Shown here one piece after another: positions 42,995 to 56,109 of a DNA stretch of 64,000 nt (its first letter is position 1; each line of letters starts with the position of its first letter). Where the stretch lies: assembly GCA_002269645.1 (NCBI GenBank), contig NIVC01001371.1, positions 62,001 to 126,000 of the forward strand, given 5' to 3'. The stretch comes from Macrostomum lignano (lineage: Eukaryota). The translations under genes were made by a program, and so were the position numbers. The notes under the pieces were generated by a model. That model saw only the letters and a list, made by a program, of their open reading frames with translations. It searched no databases and was not told where the DNA came from.

Positions 42995-45280
42995 TGCAAC
43001 TTGCTGAAAAGTATTTAAAACATATAAAAAATTATTAAAGAGCAATCCTTGCTATCAGAGCAACGATTGTTTGATTCAAAAGCACAGTTGATACATTAAA
43101 TTCAGTTTGTGAAATTTCCTATTGTTTTTCTTTCAATACGAGTAAAAATAAAAGTTAAAGTAAACCTCATAGTGCCAAGTTGAATATGCAAGAGTTTTAA
43201 TTTCTTAATTATTTTTTTATAAAATTCATGCAATACAATTTATTAACGAAATAAAAATTTTAAATTTAAATTTTATTTTAAAAATTACTGAAAAGATTAT
43301 AATTTTATAGAAGAATGCCTAATGAATATTTTAAATGAACATAATATTTTTCCTATACTGAAAGTAAAAAATTTAAAAATTGACGGAAGTTTTTATAAAC
43401 TTTATAAATTCTAAAAAATTCTGACATGTGGAAAGCGATATTTTATTTGCACATATTCACGATAAAGTCACACAATAATTAAAATAAGTATTTGGTTTTG
43501 AATGTGACAAAAATATTTGGAGAGGGAGAGCGTGTAGTATAAATTTAAGAGTTCGCGTCGGCTCGGCATCGCCACTTGGTAAATGTCGAATTGGTGCCTA
43601 AAATTTCGTGACATAGAAAACAAATAAAAACTATCAAGCTAATGTAGCGCTTCTAATCCAAGTAGGAATAAAGTTTATCATGTGGTAACAAAAGTTTTTA
43701 TAAAAGTATAACTAGAGAAAGATTTGTTTGTAAGAACCAAAACGAAAATAGAAAAGGCACGATCCCGACACTAGTGACAGACTTTAGTGAACACTATTCT
43801 TAAATTCTGAAACTTTGAGTATGTTGTTTTATGTCTGTTTTATATTTATTATATATATTTTCATAATAATAGAATAAAGTTCCATCTCTTGGAACATATG
43901 GTATAAATGAATTCCTTTTTAATTCTATACAGTATATAGGCCTATATATTGCAAAAATTATTTAAAACCTTTAAAGAAGTCTTTAAGTACTGTATTTTGT
44001 TTGTATTGTGCATGATATTTTCAACCTATAACCAAGTCAGCTAGGTAGTCTAGTCCTATTCAACCATGACATATAAACATTTAATTTAATTGTAATTTAA
44101 TTTCTTTGTAGAAACTCCTTTGTTTCTTTTGTAGACATTCCTTTGTTTTCCTTTATAGAATATAGATAATTGTTATAGACTTTTGTCAGAGTGTTTCATA
44201 AAAACTAGTGAATGAAGACGCTGTTGTCTTCAAAGGTGGGACGATGGTATATATCCATTAAATATTGTTCTTAAAATTTTATATCAAAGATAATAGTATA
44301 TCAATTTCAGTATAGTTTTGCCTATCAAAATAGCAACTATTATCATAGATATTTCCAATGGCTTAATTGAAATAATTATCATAGGACACATGCATTTAAT
44401 CATAATAGCAGACTCCAATTTAGCCATTGGACTATTTTGTTATAGAATTTTTTTTAAATTAAAGCAATAAAGTAAAGATTAAACAATAATGAATAAACAA
44501 TGATTTTTTATAAAATGTATTATAATAATTAAATTTAGTTCAAAGATATCCTATGATATTTTATTAAACTAAACACATTTTGAAAGTACACACAGTTTTA
44601 AATATAAAAGGTAGCTATCTTATCTATATTTTTGAGATGGTTAAAATGCCAACAATTTCCAATATGCTATTGAACTTGGCTTAAGCATTATGAAACTTTA
44701 GCAATATGATTGTTATTATCTGCTATTATAGCTAGCAAATGGTTGTTCATCTACTGAGTAAGTTTGTATCATGGCTGCCCTTTAGGTAAAGTGTAACATC
44801 TTTCTTCAATATCAATGTATAAAAGTATTATGTGAAATAACTTGCTTAAAATATAAAATCATAAGTGTCACTCATAAGTTTACTTCTCTACCAATCCTTT
44901 TTGACTAGAACTAGATCTCTTTTTCTTGTCATTGTTGCATATTAAAATGTCTTGCCATTTTGCTTAAAATTCAAAACTTCAATGCAAATAGTTGAATAAA
45001 ACTTCCATTTGTGCTGCAGTGCCTAATGTTCAAAGTTGTTTGTTATGACTAAGTCATAGACTAAATTTCTATGGCAAAATTGGTGTCTGCTGTCAGAATT
45101 AAAGGCCTGTGACTATTGTTTCAATCAAGCCATAGACAGCAGTCACTGCCTTGATTAAAAATGATACATAGCACATGAAAGTTTTATTTCGTTAATGGTC
45201 CTCTTACTTTCATACTTTTCCATTGTTCTGACATAGTATCTCAAATTGTTACTGTAATTTACAAATTTACTTATCTGCAG

Positions 45281-48200
45281 GCGAGACCGGCGCCTCACTG
45301 TGCAACTAAGAATGCTCGCGCGCCATTGGACGCTGGCTGTCCAACAGACGCCGAGTTGGACGAATTGGAGGCCGAGGCTATTTATCCTCTGCCTAGAGTG
45401 TCGGACAGATTCCCGCGGGCCAAGTACCACTGCCGGGCCTGCGACTATCACTGCGACTCCCTGCCGAAGTGCTGGCAGCACGCCAGGGACCAGCGGCATC
45501 GCGTCAAATCCGACGCTACCCGGCTTGGCCGCCTGGCCAGCCTTCTGCCGGAGCCGACGCCAGACCATGCCGCGGCGCTTGGCGACCAGCTGGCAGCCCT
45601 AGCTGACACGGCCGCCTTGGACCCCGCCGAGGCTGCCAGACGTCGCCAACTAGCCGAAGTCGCCATGGCAGCCGTGTTGGCCGCCGCTCCTGGCGCCATC
45701 AGCGCCAACCTGTGCGGCAGCCTGGCTAGCGGCCTCTCCACCGCCCGCAGCGACGTCAACGTCTGCCTAGTGTTGAACCTGCGACAGCGCCAGGACGCAT
45801 TCGACCTGTGCTTATCGGCGCTGCACCGCAAAGGCTGCTTCGCCGTTATTCAACCGGACCTGGCCATGCCGGGCATCGTCTGTAGCGATCGGGCTGGCGT
45901 TGCCTATCGCTTCCTGTGCGCCTCCAGTCTGGCCAGGTATAAATCCAGATTAATATGAATTGGTCCAATTGTCTTTCAAGCATGGCTTTTTTAACCTTCA
46001 GACACATTTCACAGAGGAAGTTAAGATTTGTGTTAACAATGGCCCAACACACTGGCATAGACACATTTCACAGAGGAAGTTAAGATTTGAGTTAACAATG
46101 GCCCAACACACTGGCATAGACACATTTCACAGAGGAAGTTAAGATTTGTGTTAACAAAGGCCCGACAACACTGGCATAGACACATTTCACAGAGGAAGTT
46201 AAGATTTGTGTTAACAAAGGCCCGACAACACTGGCATAGACACATTTCACAGAGGAAGTTAAGATTTGTGTTAACAATGGCCCAACACACTGGCATAGAC
46301 ACATTTCACAGAGGAAGTTAAGATTTGTGTTAACAATGGCCCAACACACTGGCATAGACACATTTCACAGAGGAAGTTAAGATTTGAGTTAACAATGGCC
46401 CAACACACTGGCATAGACACATTTCACAGAGGAAGTTAAGATTTGAGTTAACAATGGCCCAACACACTGGCATAGACACATTTCACAGAGGAAGTTAAGA
46501 TTTGTGTTAACAATGGCCCAACACACTGGCATAGACACATTTCACAGAGGAAGTTAAGATTTGTGTTAACAATGGCCCAACACACTGGCATAGACACATT
46601 TCACAGAGGAAGTTAAGATTTGAGTTAACAATGGCCCAACACACTGGCATAGACACATTTCACAGAGGAAGTTAAGATTTGTGTTAACAATGGCCCAACA
46701 CACTGGCATAGACACATTTCACAGAGGAAGTTAAGATTTGAGTTAACAATGGCCCAACACACTGGCATAGACACATTTCACAGAGGAAGTTAAGATTTGT
46801 GTTAACAATGGCCCAACACACTGGCGTGCACAAATTTCACAGGGCCTCAGTTGCTCGCCTTATTGGCGCCTACTCGGGCCTCAGGCGCCGATGCCGTCGG
46901 CTCTGTTTGGCCCTACGCTTAGTAGCTGGGAGGGCTGGCCTGGCCTCTCCGGAGCGGAACGGCACTCTGCCGCCGCACGCCTTCGATCTGATGGTTGTGC
47001 ACTACATGCAGCTTACTGGCCACCTGCCTGTGCTCAATCGCCTAGCTGAGACTGCGCCGCCTCATCTGGGCCGAGTTGAAGGCGTCGGCGAGGACGGAGT
47101 TCGCCTAGTGTATCTGGACGCCGCTAGGGCCGACGGTCGTTTAGACGGAATCTGGCGCCGACCGCGCGGCGTCGGAGCCGGCGTCTGCGGCAGCGAAGGC
47201 CTCGGCCGGCAGTGGGTGGACCTGCTGCGCTACTATTCCATGCCCGGCCGGGAGACCGCAGTTGTCACAGTGACCAGCTCGGAGCCGTCTGCCCTGACCT
47301 GCTCTGACAAGGACTGGCCGCCTAGGCCAATTAATATCGAGGATCCGTTCCAGCCTAGGTGCAATTTAACACGAGCCGCAGCCACTGTTGAGCTCATTGA
47401 TTACACCCTGACCCAGCTGCGGGCCGCTTTCGCCTATTTTGCTGTGCCTCGAACTGCTCGGGGCCCAGTGTACGGCCGGCTGCGACTTGCTGCCACCGCC
47501 GATGCACCCGAATGTGCTGGCAGCGGCAGCAACGACACTAGCAGCTGCGTCCTGCGCGTTGTTATCAGCAAAGAGGAGGAGGAAGCTGCCGCTTTTGAAT
47601 GGGGCCGCTGGGCGACGGTCGCCGCCGAAGTCAAAACCAGAGCGGATGGCGGTGGCGAGCCTGCCCATTGCGGAGAAACTGACGGGAGAGGTGCTGAGGA
47701 CAAAAAAGGTAATAGCACGGAAGCTGATGACAAAGAACCTGAAGTCAAAGTAGCTGATGAAACTGATGACATCAAAGACAATGATGGAGACGCAGATTTT
47801 GAAGCTGACAGTGAAGAGGTTGATAATGGAGATGGCAATAGAGAGCTTGTTGATGCCGAGAATAACGTTGCCAGTACGAGGGCGGAGGCGGACTTTGCTG
47901 ACGATGAAGACAACGACGCTGAAGACGGAGCAGCGGTCGTCGCAGATGTTGAACAAGACAGCGAAAAAGTAAAGCTGACCAAGCCAGCTAGTACTGAGTG
48001 CCGAGCCATTGTTGACAGCGAAGATCCTGGCTACTACAACCGGGCCCTGGTGAACTCGGTGCCCAAGTCCGCCCTGCGATTCACCGCTCTGACAAAGGGT
48101 CGTTGCACTCTGGCTGTTGATCCACCGTTGAAATGTTCCGCCTGCCGAGGCTCTGGTCACCTGCGCGACACCTGCGGTTTATATGAGCTGCCTGTGCCAT

Positions 48201-51129
48201 CCTCAGCTACCGGGCCCGCCGCCGCCGCTGTTGCCGCCGCCGCCGCCGCTGCCGCTTCTTGGCATCTGCAAACTTCGCAGCAGAGGCTTCACTGGCTAGG
48301 CAAAGCGTTGATGTCGCTTCCGGATGAGCTGGCCGCCACGCCCGAGGAAGAGAATAGGCGAGAGAATGTTCGGCGAGAGATTCTGGGCCTACTTCGAGTC
48401 CATCTGACTGGCGTGACCTGCTGTCTGGAACTGTTCGGCTCCTGCTGCAACGGATTCGCGTTTCGGGACAGCGACCTGGACATGTGCCTGACGTTCTCTG
48501 AGTACTCCAGCCCATCCGCCCTGCCGCCGCGCCTTGTTGCGCCCGGCCTGATAGATCGGGTGGCCGCCATATTGAAAGGAGCGCCTGGCGGCAATTACGA
48601 CTCTGTGCTACCCGTACACAGCGCCAAAGTGCCTATTGTTAAATTTAAGCACCGACGCTTCGATATGGAAGGCGATTTGAGCTTGTACAATCTGCTGGCT
48701 GTGCACAATACCCGCATGCTCAGGGCCTATGCCGCTCTGGACCAGAGGGTCCGGCCACTGGGCTATGCTGTCAAGGTTCGTGTTTATTCATAACTGTTGG
48801 CCTCTAGTTCCTCTTCAAGTGGATCCTCAGATGGCCCCTACCCTCTTCAGGTGAATCAGATGGCCCTTACTCTCTTCATGTGAATCAGATGGCCCTTACT
48901 CTCTTCATGTGAATCAGATGGCCCTTACTCTCTTCATGTGAATCAGATGGCCCTTACTCTCTTCATGTGAATCAGATGGCCCTTACTCTCTTCATGTGAA
49001 TCAGATGGCCCTTACTCTCTTCATGTGAATCAGATGGCCCTTACTCTCTTCATGTGAATCAGATGGCCCTTACTCTCTTCATGTGAATCAGATGGCCCTT
49101 ACTCTCTTCATGTGAATCAGATGGCCCTTACTCTCTTCATGTGAATCAGATGGCCCTTACTCTCTTCATGTGAATCAGATGGCCCTTACTCTCTTCATGT
49201 GAATCAGATGGCCCTACCAACAGTTAATTTCAACAGTATTGACCTCTCGTTCGAAACCTCGCTTTCTTCTCGTTCCTGTCATTTTAGTTTGGCTTAGCAA
49301 GGCAGGCAAAATGAAATATCTTATATTCTTATCGGTAATGTTCTTAGATAACAGTTTTAGCTAGTTTTATACCTGCAAAGTTTTACGAATAGTAAGCTGA
49401 GTCTTAAATTTTCAAATCGTCATTTGCAGGAGAGGGGACGAGGTCATTGTCACTGTTATAGTGTGCACAATGTTCTCCCATGTTATTTGTAATCTGGCAT
49501 GCTATATTTAAACCTATATATCACATGTATAAGTCCCATTATTAGTCACGCAAATGGTGACAGTCACACAATGGTTAGCACACATGGTGACAGTCACACA
49601 ATCGTTAGTCACACATGGTGACAGTCACAATAGCTAGTCCCACATGGTGACAGTCACACAATGGTTAGCACACATGGTGACAGTCACACAATAGTTAGTC
49701 ACACATGGTGACAGTCACAATAGCTAGTCACACATGATGACAGTCACACAATGGTTAGCACACATGGTGACAGTCACACAATGGTTAGTCACATGGTGAC
49801 AGTCACACAATGGTTAGTCACATGGTGACAGTCACAAAATGGTTAGTCACATGGTGACAGTCACAATAGCTAGTCACACATGGTGACAGTCACACAATGG
49901 TTAGTCACGCATGGTGACAGTCACACATGGTGACAGTCACACAATGGTTAGTCATATGGTGACAGTCACACAATGGTCAGTCACGCACTCTGACTGTCAT
50001 ATAAATGCCCCCGCAGACTCTGGCCAGACTGTGCAGCATCGGTGATGCCAGCCGTGGCAGCCTGTCGTCCTATGCCTATCTAATCCTGCTCATCCACTAC
50101 CTGCAGTCGGAGGGCGTGCTGCCCTGCCTGCAGGAGCTGCACAGCGGCTCCCGCCGGCCCGAGCTGCTCATAGACGGCTGGAACGCCTGGTTTCAGGAGG
50201 ATCCAGCAGAAATTTCCCGACACTGGAAGCCGGCCTGTAGGAAAAGCCTGGGCGAATTGTGGCTAGGCTTCTTGCATCACTGCTTGTACTTTGACTGGGC
50301 AACCAGCGTGGTCACTATCAGGCAGTCAAGGCCGCTGCCCCGCCAGGAGAAGCTGTGGACAACTCCGCTAGCGATTGAAGATCCGTTCGATCTGAGTCAC
50401 AACCTGGCCAGCGGCATGACTAAAAAGATGGCCTGGTTCATTCTCACCACATTCCGCAACGCTCTGGCCCGCTCCTGCGGCCGGGCCAGGCCTCACCAGA
50501 TTAACGGGCCGCTATTGTCCGCCGATTTGCGACCGCAGGACGAGCCGAGAGATCGCGGCTGCCAGCGCTGCGGCCGGATCGGTCACGCTGGCCGGGACTG
50601 CGGCCGGGATCAGCGTCAGGCCGACCTGCTGTCGCCTGTCCGGACTCCGCTAGACGAACTGCAGCGCCAATTGAAGCTCATCGATCTGGAGGCGGCGTCA
50701 TCCGGCGCCGGATCGTCGGAGGCTGCCACTGCTGCTGCTCCACAGTCGCCGCAGTCGCCGGTGCCAACTCAGGCTCGGCAGCAGCCGCATCCGGCGCAGC
50801 AGTTTCCACCGCAGTTGCATCACTTGTTGCAGTTTCCGCAGCCGAATGTAACTCGCTATTTCTCGCCGCCTCAACAACAACAGCAGCCTCGTCATCAACA
50901 TCATCATCATAATCAAGGCTATGCTCAACTGGCGACACAGATACCGGTTCGCCTTCAGATGATGGCGCAGAGTCAGCAGCATCAGCAGCAGCAGCCACAG
51001 GTGTATCCCTATTCACCTGTCGGCGCTGGCTATTATATTCAATTCGGCGTGCCGCCCGGAGCCGCTTGGCCCGGCCCATTGCCGCCCCACACAGCGGCCT
51101 ATCAGCATCAGCAGCCGCCCTATTGGTAG
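45281..51129 (+). CDS. TUT4/7: Terminal uridylyltransferase TUT4/TUT7-like (ZCCHC11/ZCCHC6 family); start codon not located
   Basis: Exons 45281-45936, 46843-48775, 50017-51129, phase-compatible. C2H2 finger YHCRACDYHC...HARDQRH; inactive NTase GS..SDVNV; CCHC knuckles CSACRGSGHLRDTC and CQRCGRIGHAGRDC; active NTase FGSCCNG...SDLDMC..AKVPIVKF..GDLS; GSLSSYAY; IEDPFDLSHN with the U-selecting His. Confidence 0.94.
45998..46842. repeat. 59-bp minisatellite (~14 copies) ending at the TUT 3' splice site
   Basis: Unit contains ATTTCACAG. The last partial unit ends AAATTTCACAG|G at 46842. Confidence 0.97.
48825..49215. repeat. 29-bp minisatellite (GTGAATCAGATGGCCCTTACTCTCTTCAT)n
   Basis: Direct reading. 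Confidence 0.96.
49550..49985. repeat. ~30-bp minisatellite (ATGGTGACAGTCACACAATGGTTAGTCACAC)n
   Basis: Direct reading. Confidence 0.93.
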
Positions 51130-51539
51130 CCACGGCTCAGCAGTATTCCATGCGTGCTGCATCTCCCACCCCTCCCCCCAATCCTCCGCTTTAGACTCCA
51201 GAGTAGTGTTTCACTTCAGAGCTCGCCCTGTTCTCTCGCTTGACAAGTCAGAGTTCGCTTTGTACTGACAGATCATTCTTTGCACAGCTTAGGTACTGAC
51301 TAAAATAACCTTTTTAATAAATCTCCTCTATTGTATTTATTTTTGCCAAGTTTATTCATCTCTATTGCGTATTTTGTCCACTCCCCCTCAGTAAGAATGA
51401 ATGCTCCATTGCGCATATTGATGAAAGCATAATCTTCGCACAGTGGCAGTAGCTTTTTGGCTTGTATTTTTATGTCATTTATTTATTCATACGGCCAGAA
51501 TGAGGGCGCGAATCTTGATTTTTACTGGCTAGTTTAGAT

Positions 51540-52430
51540 TTTTGTTGCCCTTTCTCACCGTCCCCTCCCCCTGTTTCCCTCTCCCTGACTTCCCCTCCCT
51601 GTTCTCCCCTCTCCCTGACTTCCCCTCCCTGTTCTCCCCTCTTCCTGACTTCCCCTCCCTGTTCTCCCCTCTTCCTGACTTCCCCTCCCTGTTCTCCCCT
51701 CTTCCTGACTTCCCCTCCCTGTTCTCCCCTCTTCCTGACTTCCCCTCCCTGTTCTCCCCTCTTCCTGACTTCCCCTCCCTGTTCTCCCCTCTTCCTGTCT
51801 TCCCCTCCCTGTTCTCCCCTCTTCCTGACTTCCCCTCCCTGTTCTCCCCTCTTCCTGACTTCCCCTCCCTGTTCTCCCCTCTTCCTGTCTTCCCCTCCCT
51901 GTTCTCCCCTCTTCCTGACTTCCCCTCCCTGTTCTCCCCTCTTCCTGACTTCCCCTCCCTGTTCTCCCCTCTTCCTGACTTCCCCTCCCTGTTCTCCCCT
52001 CTCCCTGTTCTCCCTTCTCTCTGTTCTCCCCTCTTCCTGACTTCCCCTCCCTGTTCTCCCCTCTTCCTGACTTCCCCTCCCTGTTCTCCCCTCTTCCTGA
52101 CTTCCCCTCCCTGTTCTCCCCTCTTCCTGACTTCCCCTCCCTGTTCTCCTCTCTCCCTGACTTCCCCTCCCTGTTCTCCCCTCTTCCTGACTTCCCCTCC
52201 CTGTTCTCCCCTCTTCCTGACTTCCCCTCCCTGTTCTCCCCTCTCCCTGTTCTCCCTTCTCCCTGTTCTCCCCTCTTCCTGACTTCCCCTCCCTGTTCTC
52301 CTCTCTCCCTGACTTCCCCTCCCTGTTCTCCCCTCTCCCTGTTCTCCCTTCTCCCTGTTCTCCCCTCTCCCTGACTTCCCCTCCCTGTTCTCCTCTCTCC
52401 CTGTCTCCCCCTCCCTCTCTTCCACTTCCC
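51540..52430. repeat. 30-bp polypyrimidine minisatellite
   Basis: Unit CTTCCCCTCCCTGTTCTCCCCTCTTCCTGA. Confidence 0.96.
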
Positions 52431-53078
52431 GTCTTTCGTTCCCTTCTTTACCGCAATTGATTGTCAGCTCCAAGCGATTCTAAAGTTTTTACTTTGACAA
52501 GCTTTTTATAGTCCTAATTTATACCTTTATTAACGACATTTGCTTTCTATAATTAGATTTTATAACTATATTCTTACTGGATAGATAGTAAGAATCTATA
52601 ATTAGATTTTATATTACTTGCTGCCGTTCCCTTATCTGTGTGGGTCCTCGCTATTGCTATTAAAGAGTGAAATATTTATTTTTATAACTTCCTTTTTCTC
52701 AGTCATTTTGGTTTAAAACATTCGCCAGTTAGATATAAGGGAGATTAAGAGTAGTCGACTCTCAGCTCCTAGTGTCGCGTAGAGTTTTCTGTTTGATTGA
52801 GTATGATTGAGTGCACTCCAATTGGAAGTATTTTTCCCTCTATTCCATTGCATAATTGTTGACATTTTTCAGACACTTCTCTTACAAAATGTACTTTTAT
52901 TTCAGTAAAGTAATACAGCAGTTTTATTCTCCGATATTAGCAGGTCGAAAAGATGCCGCTTTTTTTAAACGAAAATCTCAACAATTAATTTTAATTACAG
53001 TCAGTCTTGCACCAGCCAGTTTGTGTTTTGTCTCTTCTATACACCTCTCTGCCAGCTAATGTTCAACTCTATTCTACC

Positions 53079-53112
<34 letters not shown>

Positions 53113-53384
53113 ACCCTTGAAAACAGCTGCTTTTGCCAGTTCCTTTTTGTTCGCTGGTAGCAACAGATCAGCTCTGTTGTGCGCGTGTTTAACTTTTTCT
53201 CGTCCAAGAGTGAAGTGCGGCTTTCTTCAACTAACTACAGTCTATTTTTTTCTGTTGTAAGCTAAAAACCAAGAAATTATTTGAAAAAACACTGCAGCTT
53301 TTGTCAAAGTCCCTTGTTATTATTTGAATTAAACCGTAGCGTTGAGTTCTGCTTTGTTTATCTATTTTTTATGAAAGATCAGCA

Positions 53385-54690
53385 GTATCAATTCATCAAT
53401 CATATCTAGCAGAATGATCATCAGTATCAATTCGTCAATCATATCTAGCAGAATGATCATCAGTATCAATTCATCAATCATATCTAGCAGAATGATGAGC
53501 AGTATCAATTTATCAATCATATCTAGCAGAATGATCATCAGTATCAATTCGTCAATCATATCTAGCAGAATGATCATCAGTATCAATTCATCAATCATAT
53601 CTAGCAGAATGATGAGCAGTATCAATTTATCAATCATATCTAGCAGAATGATCATCAGTATCAATTCATCAATCATATCTAGCAGAATGATCATCAGTAT
53701 CAATTCATCAATCATATCTAGCAGAATGATCATCAGTATCAATTCGTCAATCATATCTAGCAGAATGATGAGCAGTATCAATTCATCAATCATATCTAGC
53801 AGAATGATCATCAGTATCAATTCGTCAATCATATCTAGCAGAATGATCATCAGTATCAATTCATCAATCATATCTAGCAGAATGATGAGCAGTATCAATT
53901 TATCAATCATATCTAGCAGAATGATCATCAGTATCAATTCATCAATCACATCTAGCAGAATGATCATCAGTATCAATTCATCAATCATATCTAGCAGAAT
54001 GATGAGCAGTATCAATTTATCAATCATATCTAGCAGAATGATCATCAGTATCAATTCGTCAATCATATCTAGCAGAATGATCATCAGTATCAATTCATCA
54101 ATCATATCTAGCAGAATGATGAGCAGTATCAATTTATCAATCATATCTAGCAGAATGATCATCAGTATCAATTCATCAATCATATCTAGCAGAATGATCA
54201 TCAGTATCAATTCATCAATCATATCTAGCAGAATGATCATCAGTATCAATTCGTCAATCATATCTAGCAGAATGATCAGCAGTATCAATTTATCAATCAT
54301 ATCTAGCAGAATGATCATCAGTATCAATTCGTCAATCATATCTAGCAGAATGATCATCAGTATCAATTCATCAATCATATCTAGCAGAATGATGAGCAGT
54401 ATCAATTTATCAATCATATCTAGCAGAATGATCATCAGTATCAATTCATCAATCATATCTAGCAGAATGATCATCAGTATCAATTCATCAATCATATCTA
54501 GCAGAATGATCATCAGTATCAATTCGTCAATCATATCTAGCAGAATGATCATCAGTATCAATTCATCAATCATATCTAGCAGAATGATCATCAGTATCAA
54601 TTCATCAATCATATCTAGCAGAATGATCATCAGTATCAATTCATCAATCATATCTAGCAGAATGATCATCAGTATCAATTTATCAATCAC
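53385..54690. repeat. 33-bp minisatellite (~39 copies)
   Basis: Unit ATCAGTATCAATTCATCAATCATATCTAGCAGAATGATC-like; period 33. Confidence 0.97.
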
Positions 54691-54720
54691 ACAGCACCTA
54701 CGAAATCCAAATTACAGGCA

Positions 54721-55984
54721 ATGACGGGCGCCGCAGGCTTAGCCAGCTTTGACTCCCCGCTTGGGCCGCAGGACGCCGCCTACTGGCCGCTGTGGGTGAA
54801 CATCACCGTGCCGCTGCTGTCCGCCCTGGCATTCGCCGCCGTCCAAGCCCTGCTGCTGTTCGTTGACGATCCCGGACTCCGGTCGGCCAAGAGGGCCGGT
54901 CTGTACCCCCCGGCTCCGCGGCTCGCCCCCTCCGCCGCCACCGCCACCGCCACCGGCCAAGTGTCCGTGGAGCTTGGCGACCTAAATTCGTCTGGTCGGC
55001 GTAGTCGGCCAGCGAGAGCTCCGTCGCCAGAGGCGGCTGCTGAGGCTGGCGAGCTGTCCGCGTCCGGCACCGATGCGGCTGTGCAGTGCGACCTGCTCAG
55101 GCCGGCGGCCTCCACTTCACTGTTCAGGCCGCAGCAGCATCACCTGTACCAGGTCTGGTGGCATCTATCTATCTATCTATTTAACTAACTATCTATCTAT
55201 ATTCAGCAACATTTAAAGCTGCTACCCCAGACCCAGTGCGCCTGGGCGCGAGTTGAAAGACCTTGCGTTATATCAGTATAGTGAGCTGAAGTCAAGTGCT
55301 CGGCTAATGCTCAGCGCTGAGCTGTGTGCATGAGTGCGTGCCTGTGTACAGTATTGGCGCGCTTGCATGTGCTTAGGAGTCAGGCAGAATATTTATTCAG
55401 GCAGAACAGCCTTCCTTCGAATATTTATTTGTGCGTTTAGGTCGAGGCCCCCAGCTCGCTGATTTCCTAGCTCGCGATCTCAACGTTCATTTACTTCCGC
55501 ATTTACTCCGCACCAGGTGCACCCCAGTCAGCAGCAGAATACTCGCCAGAGAACCGTCAGTTTCGGCGCCTTACAAACTGGCGACATCGGCCATGCTGGC
55601 GGCGGCGGCCAGCGTCAGCGCAGCGACTCCGAGACGATGCGCATGCTTGAAGGCATGCTGCTCAGGCCCACAAGGCGGCACACGGCGCATTCTCATCAGC
55701 ACCTGACGCACTTGTCCGAGAACGACTCTCGAATCGGCGCTGGCGCTATTATCCAGGACAGCTCTTTAGCTCCGGCCACTCAGTCTCTGACTGGGCAGAG
55801 CGGTCAGCGCCTGCTGCACAGCGTCAATCACTACTATCAGCAGCACCAGCGGCTGCAGGCCAGGCAGATGCGCTATTCAACGCCTGTCCAGCCGAATTGG
55901 CGGCCAAACGCCGATGAGCCGGGCGTCCACGTCGACATGCCGGTGCCGCCGACGCCGCCGTCAAGCGATCGGGGAGACGATTGA
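54721..55984 (+). CDS. Uncharacterised single-pass membrane protein, ~299 aa, 2 coding exons
   Basis: Exons 54721-55152 and 55517-55984 joined in phase 0 (CAG|gtctgg ... caccag|GTG). Both are GC-rich like the other exons. Hydrophobic segment WPLWVNITVPLLSALAFAAVQALLLFV, then a low-complexity tail. No family recognised. Confidence 0.65.
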
Positions 55985-56109
55985 TTTTTAATAGCAGAAC
56001 ATTTTTGTGGTGTCTAAAAACTGAGGTGTCTATTTGGTACTCTGTTGGAAATTGCAAGAATTTTTTTCAAATCATAATAAGATTTGCCTTTTAAAATTAT
56101 TCAACAAAT

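Noticed and set aside
47366-48594. Antisense ORFs over TUT, TRPM, FkbM and PLCL exons
   Set aside because: Shadow ORFs expected from GC-rich coding sequence.
51529-54724. ORFs of 246-442 aa (GRGENREGK.., MIILLD.., SSIISS..)
   Set aside because: The 30- and 33-bp units are multiples of 3, so open frames arise trivially.
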